Positions 1-12,432 are shown, counted from the stretch's first letter. The stretch: DNA of 64,000 bases from Octopus sinensis (GCF_006345805.1 NC_043004.1:74772001-74836000); one strand, 5' to 3'. Numbers and translations: made by a program. Notes: generated by a model from the letters alone, not told the origin.

Positions 1-295
1 AAAGCGTCTGACTCGGGCACAAAAATAAACAAAAAAAATAGTGTAAATAGTGGCTAAACCACAACATGGAAAGATCAATGTAGTCCATAGCCAAAAACCT
101 CTCTTCTTTTTGTTAGGGAGATTTTAAACACAAGGGTAACTGCTTGGGGAGGTCTTATTTCTTTACTGTTATGGATATCGCATTTTTTTTTTCTGCTGAC
201 TTGTATTATATAGTCTTTGACTCAATTCAGTAGTGCCAAACCAAAAGTATAGGGTGTAACTTCGGTGTAAGTACCGGATACATTTCAAGAAAGTG

Positions 296-300
<5 letters not shown>

Positions 301-361
<61 letters not shown>
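301..361. repeat. (TA)n microsatellite
   Basis: Pure TA run. Confidence 0.98.
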
Positions 362-364
<3 letters not shown>

Positions 365-1283
365 GGGGGTAGGATTAGGGGTGGGAGAAAAGTGTTTCTG
401 TTATCTTCAGAAATGTAAACAAAGTCACGTGTGTACTTATACCGAAGGATCGTATAGAAACTATTATTTCACTTCAATGGTGTTGGGTAATGTATTGGTA
501 TTGATATTAATAACTTCACCACACACACACATTCAACTCCATAATAATAATAACAACAACATATTAAAGATGGTGCTATGGCCTTTTCTTTGATAATATC
601 TTTCTTGCTTATTTAAATTCAGTTCAATGCACACTTGCCTTGAACCAACCATTTCTCTTTGTGTGTGTGTTTAGAACAAGTAGTTTTTTTAGTTTTTTCC
701 GGCCCGGGTCAAAACACTATAGTTTAGAGGCCATGGACTGAAAATGCGAGTTTAACCTTCTGGATTGGGACAGAGGAGAGAGAATGAATCTTCGTATATT
801 CACAGACATGCGGCATGGAATTATAGATGTGAAGGTGTGACGTTCATACATTTCTCAGTGCCATCAACGGCTTAATTAATGTTAATGCTAATTAACTACA
901 ATCGAGCATCGAAGCAAAGTCGCCTAATTATGATCTCCAAGACCTTAGTCGGGGAACTAAAACTGTAAATAGCATCGCTGTCAGAAATATGTAAAACATA
1001 AATTGATTCGGGATCATACAGTAAAAAGCATTAAAGAAATATACCTTTACGGAATGAAGGGTCCATCGTTGACTGGTGGGTGTGAAGAGACGGCGACATA
1101 AAATATTTACACCACAAACCATCGGCATGGTTGTTGACAGGCATAACCGGTGTTTACTAAAGAACAGTCCCCCTTGTAATAAAACTCCTAATTAAATATA
1201 AGCGTACGACATGTAATTCTGTGGTGGGAGGGGTTAGTCGCCTGCATCGAACCCAGTGCTCAACTAGTACTTAGGGATCATAT

Positions 1284-1882
1284 AAGGCGGCAAGCTGGCA
1301 GAATCGTTAGCACGCCGGGTAAAATGCATAGCAGTATTTCGTCTGCTGTTACGTTCTGAGTTGAAATTCTGCCAAGGTCGACTTTGCTTTTCATCCTTTC
1401 GGAGTCGATTAAATAAGTACCAGTTACGCACTGGAGTCGATATAATCGACTTAATCCGTTTGCCTGTCCTTGTTTGTCCCCTCTGTGTTTAGCCCTTTGT
1501 GAGTAGTAAAGAAATAGGTATTTCGTCTGTCTTTACGTTCTGACTTCAAATTCCGCCGAGGTCGACTTTGCCTTTCATCCTTTCGGAGTCGATTAAATAA
1601 GTACCAGTTACGCACTGGAGTCGATATAATCGACTTAATCCGTTTGCCTGTCCTTGTTTGTCCCCTCTGTGTTTAGCCCTTTGTGAGTAGTAAAGAAATA
1701 GGTATTCGTCTGTCTTTACGTTCTGACTTCAAATTCCGCCGAGGTCGACTTTGCCTTTCATCCTTTCGGAGTCAATTAAATAAGTACCAGTTACGCACTG
1801 GAGTCGATATAATCGACTTAATCCGTTTGTTTGTCCTTGTTTGTCCCCTCTGTGTTTAGCCCTTTGTGGGTAATAAAGAAAA
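1284..1882 (+). mobile_element. tRNA-derived octopus SINE: one head plus three tandem ~184-bp body units
   Basis: Head AAGGCGGCAAGCTGGCAGAATCGTTAGCACG. The body starting GTATT(T)CGTCTG recurs at 1334, 1518 and 1702. The same family recurs at 13662, 30360, 39185 and 40401. Confidence 0.9.
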
Positions 1883-3261
1883 AGTACTTATGGATCTTGC
1901 TAAAATTTTTCCAACGACTTGAAGTAATTCAAATCTCACCAAATTATTTTCAAACAAATGTAGTTTTTGAATGCTAGTGACGAAAATCAGGTACTTATTT
2001 TTTTCTAGGAACTTAATAATAAAGAAATTGCATCAGTGTAGAAAGTTTGAAAAAACTAAAAGCTGGAGAAAATTTGAAATACTTTAAAATTGTTGGAAGG
2101 ATTTTAACAAGATTCGTACTTATTTTATCGATCCCGACAAGGTTTGAACTCTGAATGTAAAGAGCCTGAAGCTTCTTGTCCGCCAACAAGGTTAATCGAT
2201 GTTATTTTGCTGAGTGAGTTCTGCTCAAGAAGATCTATAGCACCAAACTAACTGATCGAATGTCTGTTTATGACCCTCAAATACACCAACTCCTTGCCAT
2301 GTCGACCAACACATCATTCTTTTCTTCGTGTTTTCCTAGAATAGTATATCTCGCACTACATAACCTAATGAGCCCCTTTTTAAGACGGTAGGGGGAAATT
2401 GAACTGCTATTTCTAGCATGTCAATCAACCTCGTAAATGCTTCCTTCTAGATCTGCATAGTTTTATTTAATTCTCTTCAGTTCCACCAAAGTCAGCCTTT
2501 TCCTTTATTTTTTTCAAAACTTCATTAAGTTTATTGGAGTTATCTCCCTTACATGGTTTTTTTTCCTCTTTTTCAGAAATTTAAACCCCCGCCTTCGAAG
2601 GATTCTGTCTACAATTGTATGGATAAGTTCATTTAATCTTGGTTTTTGTCAATTCACTATATTAGATACGTGAGGTCCCAGTGTATAGCAGAATTGACTT
2701 CCACAATATATTCGTCTCTTTTTTTCTGAAGGGTAAAAGTTACCGTGAAGGACATTTGACTGCTATTACTTGCATGTCAGTGACACAGATTTCAGTACTG
2801 TTGTTGTTGCTGCTTAGATTTTACTCAGTCCTGACCAAACAGACGTATAACGAAAGGAATTCTAGCCATGACCATCCCGTCCTTTTGTATATTTAAAACA
2901 ATATTATGAAAGTCCCTTGTCACTGAAATGGTGTCTAAAGCAAATATTATGAAAAATATCCCTTTTTAGGACCGTGGGATATGAATTGAGTGAGCTTGTG
3001 GTTGCTATTTCTAACATGTTCAATGACCGCGTAGTTTCCATTGTTAGGCCATACACTAATTTGCTGCTGCTGCTGCTTAACCCTGCTAGAGAAAATTTAG
3101 GATCAAAGACGTTCCAGCCCTGACTATCCCTTACATCTCTGAAGAAGGACGACATTATCCCAAGTTTATCCTTCTTCCCTTTTTTTTAAGATGTTGGATG
3201 TGATTTAAGGGAGATTTAGCTGCTATTTCATTCATCTGAGATCGACAAATGAAGCATTAAT

Positions 3262-4066
3262 AATATTCGGTGACCAATGCGGTGCGGCACCTCACCTTCA
3301 AAAATGCATTTCTTTTGAAGAAATTTCTTTGAATTCGTACGTTTTAGATGTTGGAGATTACGATATGTGAAAAAATAATTTTTTTTCAAAATGTAACCCA
3401 CCCACCCCAATTCCACTTTTGAATTTCAAACTTTTTCGAAATGTTTTTTTTATTTATTTAATCAACATGGCAAAATGCGGGGATTTTAACAATATCAAAA
3501 CAACAATTTCTACAGTTTAGCCAAATGAACATAGAAAGGGATCTTTTTCCTTTGAACGGCAGATCGAGAAATTAATTTTTGTAATTAAACACTGTCAAAC
3601 TTCGGACACAGCTAGAATGTGTCATATAAAATATCTTTTACTCTTAGCGCTTTTGAGAAAAGTTTCTATTTACGAAGTTGTTTCGTGTTAAAGTTGTCGT
3701 ATTTCGGTAATTTCAACCAATCAATGACGTGTATTCAGCCGAATAAAATTACTGCAGTTGGACACTTTCTACCAGTGTCCGAAGTTTGAAAGTGTTTAGT
3801 TACAAAAAATTTAATTTTTGGATCTGCCGTTCAAAAGGGAAAAGGCCCCATAGAAAATGTACTTTACATACCTGCTTTAATGAAATTCCTACACTTCAAT
3901 ATATTTCAATACATTCAAAATTGATGGTGGTGGGGGGTAACATTTTGATTTTTTTTTTTTTTTTTTGCATATTCGTAATCTCCGACATGTAAGGAATCCG
4001 AAGAATTTTTGTTTCTTGGATGCATTTTTGAAGGTGAGGTGCGAAACTGCATTAACCCCGAATATT
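3262..4066. mobile_element. Foldback/MITE-like non-autonomous DNA element, imperfect ~800-bp palindrome
   Basis: Nested inverted blocks: AATATTCGG 3262 / CCGAATATT 4058; GCACCTCACCTTCAAAAATGCA 3287 / TGCATTTTTGAAGGTGAGGTGC 4021; TTGAACGGCAGATC ~3552 / GATCTGCCGTTCAA ~3820; CAAACTTCGGACAC 3596 / GTGTCCGAAGTTTG 3775. Confidence 0.8.
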
Positions 4067-4399
4067 CAGAGGTCAATTCAATTTTTTTTCACCCCCTATA
4101 ATTTCTTTTATTTATTTCTTCACAGTGTCTACCGTTTTACAAAATTAAATTAGAAAACTGGACAAAACAGAGAACACAGCTGAAAAAAATTAAAAACAAA
4201 AAGAGAGAAAGAAAAAAGAAAAAATTTCAATTGTTTTTTGTTTTTCATGAATTTTGTTTAATTAAATAAGAATTCAGTTTTCTCCCTTTCATTAAATCTT
4301 TAAACGGCAACGGACATTATTTTACTTGTTTCGGCCATTAGAGTGCGGCCATGCTGGGGCACCTCCTCGAAGAATTTTTAGTCGAATAAATCGACCCCC

Positions 4400-4467
4400 T
4401 TCTTCTTCTTCTTCTTCTTCTTCTTCTTCTTCTTCTTCTTCTTCTTCTTCTTCTTCTTCTTCTTCTT
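4400..4467. repeat. (TTC)n microsatellite
   Basis: Pure trinucleotide run; it explains the poly-Ser ORF 4326..4634. Confidence 0.97.
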
Positions 4468-5846
4468 TTGTTTGTTTTTGCTTGGTTCTTTATTCTATCG
4501 GTCTCTTTTACCGAATCGATAATTTACTGCGAGGTAAACACACCAACATCGGTCGTCAAGCTGTGATGGGGAACAAACGCATACACAAAGATACACACAC
4601 ACATAAATATAGATACAGTGTGATGCAAAAGTAGGTGTACAGTTAGGAAAAAAGAAAACACGTACAATACACGTCTATTTTTTACCAAAAATAATTAAAA
4701 GTTTCGATAAAATTATTATTATAGTTATGAAAAATGTATTATTATGATTGATGACACTGAAAATATAAAAAATGAGGCCAACTAATTAAATGTGTTAATA
4801 ATTTTAATGAATTAAATTATTACAACATTGATGTGATACATACTGTGTACCTACTTTTGTACACACACACACCCCACGCCTCGTATATAAATATACATCT
4901 ATATACGATGTGCTTCTTCCAGTTTCCGTTTACCAAATCCACTCACATGCCTCAGATGCCATCCTGTGGGACTCAACCACGAACACAAACTGCAAAGCTT
5001 CTTTATTTCAGAGGCAGGAAAACTGGTGAAATCTTGCAATGGCTGTCCTTATCACGTGGGGGTGGAAAAAGGATATTGAATTTGGGTGGGGGATGTCTAT
5101 AAGCAGCTGAAATCTCAGCAAAAAAGAACATTCTTTCAGAATCAACAGCAACAGCAGAGGGGATTGGCTGGAATCGATCCTTGCCTGGTTAGACAGGGTG
5201 GCTCCAAGGACTGCTTTGTGTTCCAGTGTCTGCTTTGGCGTGGTTCCCATGTCTGGATGCCCTTCCTAACACCAATCCTTTCGCAGGATGTTCTGTGTGC
5301 GTTTTGTTTGTTTGTTTGTTTCATGCAGCAAGCACTAACGAGGTTGCCATGAATTTTGCAAGACAATAAATTCTAAGGGGAAGGGGGGACAACTTTAGCC
5401 GAAGAAACGAGGAATGAAATAGGGTAAAGTATGAGAGAAAATGAGACCGAGAAGAACAGGTTTCTTGCTGTAGAGGGGCTACATATATATTCACATGGAA
5501 CAAGTTTACTAAAAACGAAAGGAGGAAACACGGCTTTCATTTTATGTGGAGTACGGGGCTTCGAGAAATAGGTATTCCAAATTTAGAGGAGAATCAGCTG
5601 TGGTACTTCAGGTACACCAAAAAAAAAAGCTAATTAGAAGTGAACGAGTTATATAAGTCAATCTGATAACCAGGTGCACGCGCGCGCGCGTGTGTGTGTG
5701 TGTAGGAGGGTTAGGGTTAGGGTTAGGTATCTTCTCTGAAACCAAAGCGACTGAATAAGCAACTGAAGGATAGGGAGAAGTATTTCTTAATACGGACACA
5801 CCAAGAGATCGAAAACAAGACCAAAGTCTCTCGCGAAAGGGAAAGA

Positions 5847-5883
<37 letters not shown>

Positions 5884-5904
5884 AGAGAGAGAAGAAAACT
5901 GTGG

Positions 5905-7430
5905 GAAGTATAAAAACCAAAATGCCCATAGCTTTCTAGAAAATCACAAAGGGAACAGCCACAATACAATATAAAATAGGACCATTGTTTCAAGAGAATG
6001 ACTCACTGACTGCGGACCCAGGAAGGAGAAGTGAACAAGTGTCTTCACTCCCCACCCCATTGGATACATGCAGATAAAAAAACGGTTGAATTCTTTAATA
6101 TTGCAGCTCTAAAAGGGACGTGTATGAGCGGCCATAGACGAAATGAGCTCATGCTCCGCAATTAGCCCTGGTGGCTTCCCGGTTATTCTCCTGAAATCAT
6201 GTAAGCAAGCTTTAGCGAAACCACTTCAGATAGTTTTCCAACGTTTCCTTGCAAGTGGTAAACTTCCTAAAAAAAATCTGAGAGAAGGCATTATATGTTA
6301 TATCCACAAAGGTGGAAGCAGAGTAGAGGCCAAAAATCACAGGCCAATCTCTCTGACTTCACATATCAGTAAAGTCATGGAGCGAATCATCAGAAAGAAA
6401 TTGGTAATGTTCCAAGAAGAAAATAACTCACTGAACAATACACAGCATGCCTCACACAATTCCTACAACACCATGAATGGGTTTTGAAACAGCTGTTAAG
6501 CCATTCAGATGTCAGCGTGATATACCTTGACTTTGCAGGGGCATTTGATAAGGTGGATCATAGCATGATATATCATAAGCTACGCGACCTTGGCATTGCT
6601 GGTAAACTAGGAGAATGGATACATGACTTCCTTAAAGACAGAACTCAGGTAGTTGCAGCCAATGGTGCCCTTTCTGAGGAAACTCAAATCCTAAGTGAAC
6701 TGTTCTGGAGGCCATTGCTGTTCATAATAGCCTTCTTAATCATGCCCACCGGTCACTCGGACAGCCACTGTCACCAGCTATAGCGATGATACAAAATTAT
6801 TACAGACAATAAAAAATCAAGATGACGTCACAAGCTTACAGCAGGACCTGAATTCGATATAGAAGTGGGCTGAAATAAATAACATGCAGTTTAATGCTGG
6901 AAAATTTCAAGCACAATACTATCAACTCACGAATGCACTACAGCCTGCATACACAGGTCCCGAAGGCACTACAATCTTAGAGACACAAACAGTAAAAGAT
7001 TTGGGGATCAGTATGCGCAATGACGCATCATTTTATATGCACATTACCAAGATGGCAGCAATGTGCAGACAACTGGCAGTATGGATACTGAGGTCTTCCA
7101 AAGCAAGATCCAGAAATTATGTTGACCCAGTGGAGAACTTTTGTTCTCAGCCACCTGGACTACTGCCCCCAGTTATGGTCCCCACACAGTGCCAAACTAA
7201 CAGCGGGCTTGAGGCAGTCCAAGACTACTACACTAAAAAAGACTGAAACACTGCAGAGGATGAAGTACAGGGATAGGCTGAGCAAACTGCAACTTTACTC
7301 CCTGGAGCGAAAGCGCGACAGATATGTGATAATCTACGTATGGAAAACACTAGAAGGGTTAGTACCTAATTTCAGCATTGAGAGTTATACAAATGCCAGA
7401 AAATGCCAGATAAAAAAGAAATCGCCAACG
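5905..7430 (+). mobile_element. Degenerate CR1/L2-type LINE, RT-domain fragment
   Basis: Frameshifted RT motifs: KNHRPISLTSHISKVMERIIR, YLDFAGAFDKVDH, (Y)SDDTK, SHLDYCPQLWSP, LYSLERKRDRY. Confidence 0.92.
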
Positions 7431-7436
7431 GCGATT

Positions 7437-7576
7437 GTATGTATGTATGTATGTATGTATGTATGTATGTATGTATGTATGTATGTATGTATGTATGTAT
7501 GTATGTATGTATGTTTTATATAGTTACACATTACAAACATCTTAAAATTGTTTGTCACAAGTAATCATGTATATAA

Positions 7577-7625
<49 letters not shown>

Positions 7626-7630
7626 TATAT
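7437..7630. repeat. (TATG)n / (TA)n microsatellite block
   Basis: Tetranucleotide runs at 7437-7514 and ~7580-7630. Confidence 0.95.
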
Positions 7631-7639
7631 ATTTTCTTC

Positions 7640-9995
7640 TCTAGTTTCAGCTTAGAGCTGTGGCCATGCTGATGCACCGCCGTTTTGCTACACTGTTATT
7701 ACTAAGAGCCTCCTCTAATATGTGGCACCTGGTGAAGAATGGAGTTTGATATAGCTACCCTCATTTGCACCTCTTGCGGTGAGGGAGGTTCATCTGGGAC
7801 TCTCGATAGGAAGAGGACCAGCTTTGATTTAAAAACCGCTACATCTACTTTGTGCAAGTTCCTCAGACTCTTTGGGAGAATATTAAAAAGCTGTGGACTC
7901 TTGAAACTTAAGCTGTTGCAGTAACTGGTCCTGAAGCGTGATGGCATTGCTTTGTCACTATGCAGTGTCATCCCGTTCTGGCATTGGTGTAGCTTTCAAT
8001 GCCCAAATTTGGCACACTTCCTTCCAGGATCTTCCAGATATATATTACTGCATACCTCTCTCGTCTTCTCTCCAAGGTGTAGAGTCTTAACTGTTTCAAC
8101 CTTTCCCAGTAGCTGAGCTGTTGCAATCTTCTTTGGGAATCTTCTCTGGATTGCTTCAAGGTCCGCTGCTAATTTCACACTGGTGGGTGACCATAGCTGT
8201 GAGCAGTAATCCAGGTGGCTGAGGACGAATGTCCGCCAGAGGACCATCATGGTTTCCTTACCTCTGGTTCTGAATGTTCTTAGGATCCATTCAGCCAATC
8301 GTCTGCACTTTGTAGCCATCCTAGTAATGTGCACTTGGAAAGAGGTATCATCACTCATGTCGATACCCAGGTCCTTCACTGATTTAAGCTCTGGGATTGA
8401 AATTCCTTGTGGACCGGTGTACCCTGTAAGTTTTATATTCAGTTTTGGATACTGGAGGCGCAAGACTTGGAGTTTTCAGCATTAAACTGCATATTATTTT
8501 CCTCAGCCCATTTGTAAATTGAGTCCTACTCCTGCTGCAGTTGTGCAACATCGCTGGGGTTCTGTATTTTCTGCGAGACTTTCGTATCATAGTATGCAAG
8601 GGTGGCTATTTGGGCATTTGTGGGAATATCTGAGAGGACCAGTATAAAAAGCAGTGGTCCCTAGACATTGCCCTGTGGAACACCACACTATATGTGTGTT
8701 CATATAGGTGGCTCCATTAGCTACTACTGCCTGACTCCTATCTTTCAGGAAGTCATGTAACCACTCCTCAAGTTTTCCAGCTATCCCAAGGTTACGCAGT
8801 TTATGGCATATCATACCATGATCCACCTTGTCAAAAGCTTTTGCAAAATCAAAGTATATTACATCCACATTTGATTTGTTGAGTAACTGCCTCAATACCC
8901 AGTCATAATGTTGTAAGAGCTGGGTCAGGCAGCTCCTGCCTGGTCGAAAACTATGCTGGATATCACTCAGCAAGTTATTTTCTTCAAGGAATGCAACTAG
9001 TTTCCCTCTGACTATCCGTTTCATGACTTTGCTGATGTGTGAAGTCAGAGAGATAGGCCTATAGTTTTTGGCATCTGCTCTACTTACCCCTTTATGTATT
9101 GGGCATATTATTCCCTCCTTCAGCTTGCTTGGCAGTTTGCCATTTGTAAGAAAGCTCTGGAAGAGAATCTGGAGGGGCTTTGCCAAGGCATCTTACACGA
9201 TTTGAGGAAGATTGCTAGGAAACCATCAGGACCAGCAGTTGAGTTTGTGTCCACTTCATCTATGGCTATTAGTATATCTTCTTCGCTAATATCAATGTAT
9301 TCCATTGTAACTGCCTCGCTGATTATAGGTGAGGCGGCAAAGAAGTCCACTGGTTCGTTCACTTGTCTGTGTTCCAACGGGGTGGTAAAGACACTTTTGA
9401 ACTGGTCATTCAGTATCTCACTGATCTTAGTTGGACTGTCTGTGAGGGAGCCATCCTTTTGGAGGAGGGGTCCTATCTTGTAGTGTACTGAGGCTGTTTC
9501 TTTCGCGTAATGAAAGAAGGCCTTTGGGTTTGACTTAATATTTTTATAACCCAGGCTTCTTTGTCTGCTTTCTCCCTCACATAGGATTGTTGCAGCCTTT
9601 TTTCGATCTCCATCAGTGTTGATTTTAGGCGTGATGTTTTGCTACTTATGGGATGTTGGTTGAGTCGATTTGCAACCTTCGTCCGTCGTCTCATGAGGAT
9701 CTTCCTCTCCCTTGGAATCTTGCTCCTATTTGTTTTGGCCTTGTGCTCCGGGACATATTTCTGGCATATGGCTTGCACAGAAGACATGAAACATTCTAGT
9801 TTCATGTCAATATCTGGTGTGGAGAGATATTTGGGCCAGTCCTCTCTGGGGATCTCTCTTTGGATCGATTTCCAATCTGCTTTGTGGGAGTTCGGATTGG
9901 GGAGATTTCTGGTGCTTTCTTTAGGCTGTATGTCTCTGGTTATGTCAATAAGTCTATTGACATGGCCAGTTCTTTTCTGTGTCGTCCTCATACCT
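7640..9995 (-). mobile_element. CR1/L2-type LINE, 5'-truncated, ORF2 linker + RT + 3' tail, frameshifted
   Basis: AGPDGF, KNYRPISLTSHISKVMKRIVR, QHSFRPGRSCLTQLL, YFDFAKAFDKVDHG, SHLDYCSQLWSP, LYTLERRRERY. The 3' tail reads GGCGGTGCATCAGCATGGCCACAGCTCTAAGCTGAAACTAG on the minus strand. Confidence 0.95.
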
Positions 9996-10039
9996 AGTTC
10001 AGCAGTTACAACTTTAGCAGTGGAAAAGATTATGTTATT

Positions 10040-10720
10040 TAAGGTTGTTATTTCATTTCCGTTATTTCTTGAAATCTGTTTCAGAGCAACATTATATATA
10101 ATGATTACGTTTTATTTTTTTTATGCTCTTTGAGAGCTTTGGTAACGTTCCTCCATTGATCATGCCAGTAAACTCAGTCTTTCTTAATTCTCTCATAATA
10201 TCTTCTTTTGATTCTACGACCTTCTCGTTATTTTTCACCTCAAATTCTGTGTCATATCTATTCTGGTGTTCTTGAGGTAGGTATACTTTCTCTTCCTTTA
10301 TCACATACTTGTTCTTCGCTATTCTTTCTTCTGCTTCTTCGTTGGGATGTAGTGCTCGTACAATTGGTTCTCTGTATCTGTTAACTATTTCATCTGCATC
10401 GTTGCTGTTTTCATTTGGCCTGTCATGAGATATTTGTGTCCTAATTTGACTAATTTCAGCGTCAGTTAACATTTTATTCTTAGTTATGTCTCTACGTACA
10501 TTCCTTAATTTATTTGCGCCTATATATCTGCATACTTCGTTGCCTACTATGTTTCTACGTGAAGTATATGTTTGTACAATGCGGTTATTCTTTGGGTTTG
10601 GTTGGTCTGTGTAGAAAACTTTCAACACATCTCTATAATCCTCTGTAGTCCATTTTATGCGTTTTGCTACATGTGATGTTTTGGCGGGGACTCTACAGGG
10701 TTAGGGCTAGTGTTATTTGG
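10040..10720 (-). mobile_element. R4/Dong-like non-LTR retrotransposon, N-terminal ORF fragment
   Basis: RIKWTTEDYRDVLKVFY...YIGANKLRNVRRDITKNKMLTDAEISQIR matches the recalled N-terminal motif of R4/Dong ORFs. It lies next to (TA)n. Confidence 0.65.
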
Positions 10721-10741
10721 CTCTGGTTACCCAGGAGATCG

Positions 10742-10799
<58 letters not shown>

Positions 10800-10990
10800 T
10801 AGTATAAAAGTAAATAAATGGTACAACGAAGTACCGATATTTACTGGAAAATAGCGATCGTAATAAATACGCGTATAGTATAGCTTCACTGCATATATAC
10901 TAGCAAAGACGTGTGTGTGCAACAAACATGAAAGAATTTGTCTTACCTCTAGGAAGAACATCTGAAAATTGAAAAACCTAGAAACTGATA

Positions 10991-11061
10991 ATGCAGGACC
11001 GGTTTCAGACTCTTCAAATACGTTTGACAACGTAGATTTGATTTGTCCTCATCAGCTGCAT
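10991..11061 (-). ncRNA. Type I minimal hammerhead ribozyme (unit 1)
   Basis: Minus strand: ATGCAG-CTGATGA-GGAC...GTCT-GAAA-CCGG-TC-CTGCAT. Perfect 6-bp stem I, palindromic CCGG helix III, GUC site. Confidence 0.9.
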
Positions 11062-11418
11062 GTACCTAGACAAAATTTCAACTGTTGCTACATCTATGCC
11101 AGTACACTCGTCTGAACGCCAAAACGTTAACAGAACGAGAACAGTGAAGAAGTTTCAATGAAAATAGTAATGCAATACGTAAGTATTGCTTTCCAGTAAA
11201 GGATAGCCCGTAAGGGTAAAATTATACATATAAAAGTAAATAAATGGTACAACGAAGTACCGATATTTACTGGAAAATAGCGATCGTAATAAATACGACG
11301 CTATAGTATAGCTTCATTGCATATATACTAGCAAAGACGTGTGTGTACAACAAACATGAAAAAAATTTGTTTTACCTCTAGAAAGAACATCTGAAAATTA
11401 AAAACCTAGAAACGGATA

Positions 11419-11489
11419 ATGCAGGACTGGTTTCAGACTCTTCAAATACGTTTGACAACGTAGATTTGATTTGTCCTCATCAGCTGCAT
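11419..11489 (-). ncRNA. Type I minimal hammerhead ribozyme (unit 2; helix III CCAG)
   Basis: Same as unit 1 except CCGG>CCAG. The core and stem I are intact. Confidence 0.85.
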
Positions 11490-11685
11490 ATACCTAGACA
11501 AAATTTCAAATGTTGCCTCATCTATGCCAGTACACTCGTCTGAACGCCAAAACGTTAACAGAACGAGAGTATTGCAATACTATTTTCATTGAAACTTCTT
11601 CACTGTTCTCGTTCTGTTAACCTTTTGGCGTTCAGACGAGTGTACTGGCATAGATGTGGCAACAGTTGAAATTTTGTCTAGGTAC

Positions 11686-11756
11686 ATGCAGCTGATGAGG
11701 ACAAATCAAATCTACGTTGTCAAACGTATTTGAAGAGTCTGAAACCGGTCCTGCAT
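11686..11756 (+). ncRNA. Type I minimal hammerhead ribozyme (inverted unit 3)
   Basis: ATGCAG 11686, CTGATGA 11692-11698, GGAC 11699 / GTCT 11737, GAAA 11741, CCGG, TC 11749-11750, CTGCAT 11751. Confidence 0.9.
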
Positions 11757-12016
11757 TATCAGTTTCTAGGTTTTTAATTTTTCAGATGTTCTTCCTAGAG
11801 GTAAGACAAATTTTTTTCATGTTTGTTGCACACACACGTCTTTACTAGTATATATGCAGTGAAGCTATACATTAGCGTCGTATTTATTACGATCGCTATT
11901 TTCCAGTAAATATCGGTACTTCGTTGTACCATTTATTTACTTTTATATGTATAATTTTACCCTTACGGGCTATCCTTTACTGGAAGGCAATACTTTGGTA
12001 TTGCATTACTATTTTC

Positions 12017-12086
<70 letters not shown>

Positions 12087-12097
12087 TGTGTGGGTGT

Positions 12098-12383
12098 GGA
12101 GGCGCAATAGCCTAGTGGTTAGGCAGCGGACTCGCGGTCGCAGGATCGCGGTTTCGATTCCCAGACCGGGCGTTGTAAGTGTTTATTGAGCGAAAACACC
12201 TAAACGCTCCGGCAGGGGGTGGTGATCCTTGCTGTACTCTTTCACCACTCTTTCTCTCACTCTTTCTTCTGTTGGCCTGCTCGCTTAGCCAGCGGGGTGG
12301 CGTTATTCGAAGGCTAAAACAATGCGAACGCATTGTGACCAGCGATGTGTAACAACATCTGATGGTCTGGTCGATCACATGAT

Positions 12384-12392
<9 letters not shown>
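12098..12392 (+). mobile_element. tRNA-derived SINE (octopus OR-type)
   Basis: A-box/B-box head GGCGCAATAGCCTAGTGGTTAGG...GGTTTCGATTCCC followed by a non-tRNA body and a TA tail. A sister copy lies at 33886-34263 (-). Confidence 0.88.

Positions 12393-12432
<40 letters not shown>

Larger units (their letters stand above)
10803..12017. repeat. ~426-428-bp HHR-containing unit: two tandem copies plus one inverted copy (retrozyme-like)
   Basis: TATAAAAGTAAATAAATGGTACAACG at 10803 and 11229. The inverted copy spans 11569-12017, and arms 11158-11568 / 11607-12017 form a ~410-bp hairpin. Confidence 0.95.

Noticed and set aside
830-1170. Possible minus-strand exons (…HADGLWCKYF…RK G|GTATAT)
   Set aside because: There is an in-frame stop directly at the only good acceptor, the downstream acceptor is weak and no domain is recognisable.
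5711-5727. TTAGGG x~3 (also x2 at 18971)
   Set aside because: Too short to be a telomere or a meaningful interstitial telomeric array.
12098-12170. tRNA-like sequence with A and B boxes (also ~34190-34260)
   Set aside because: It runs into a SINE body and no complete cloverleaf is evident, so it is a SINE head.
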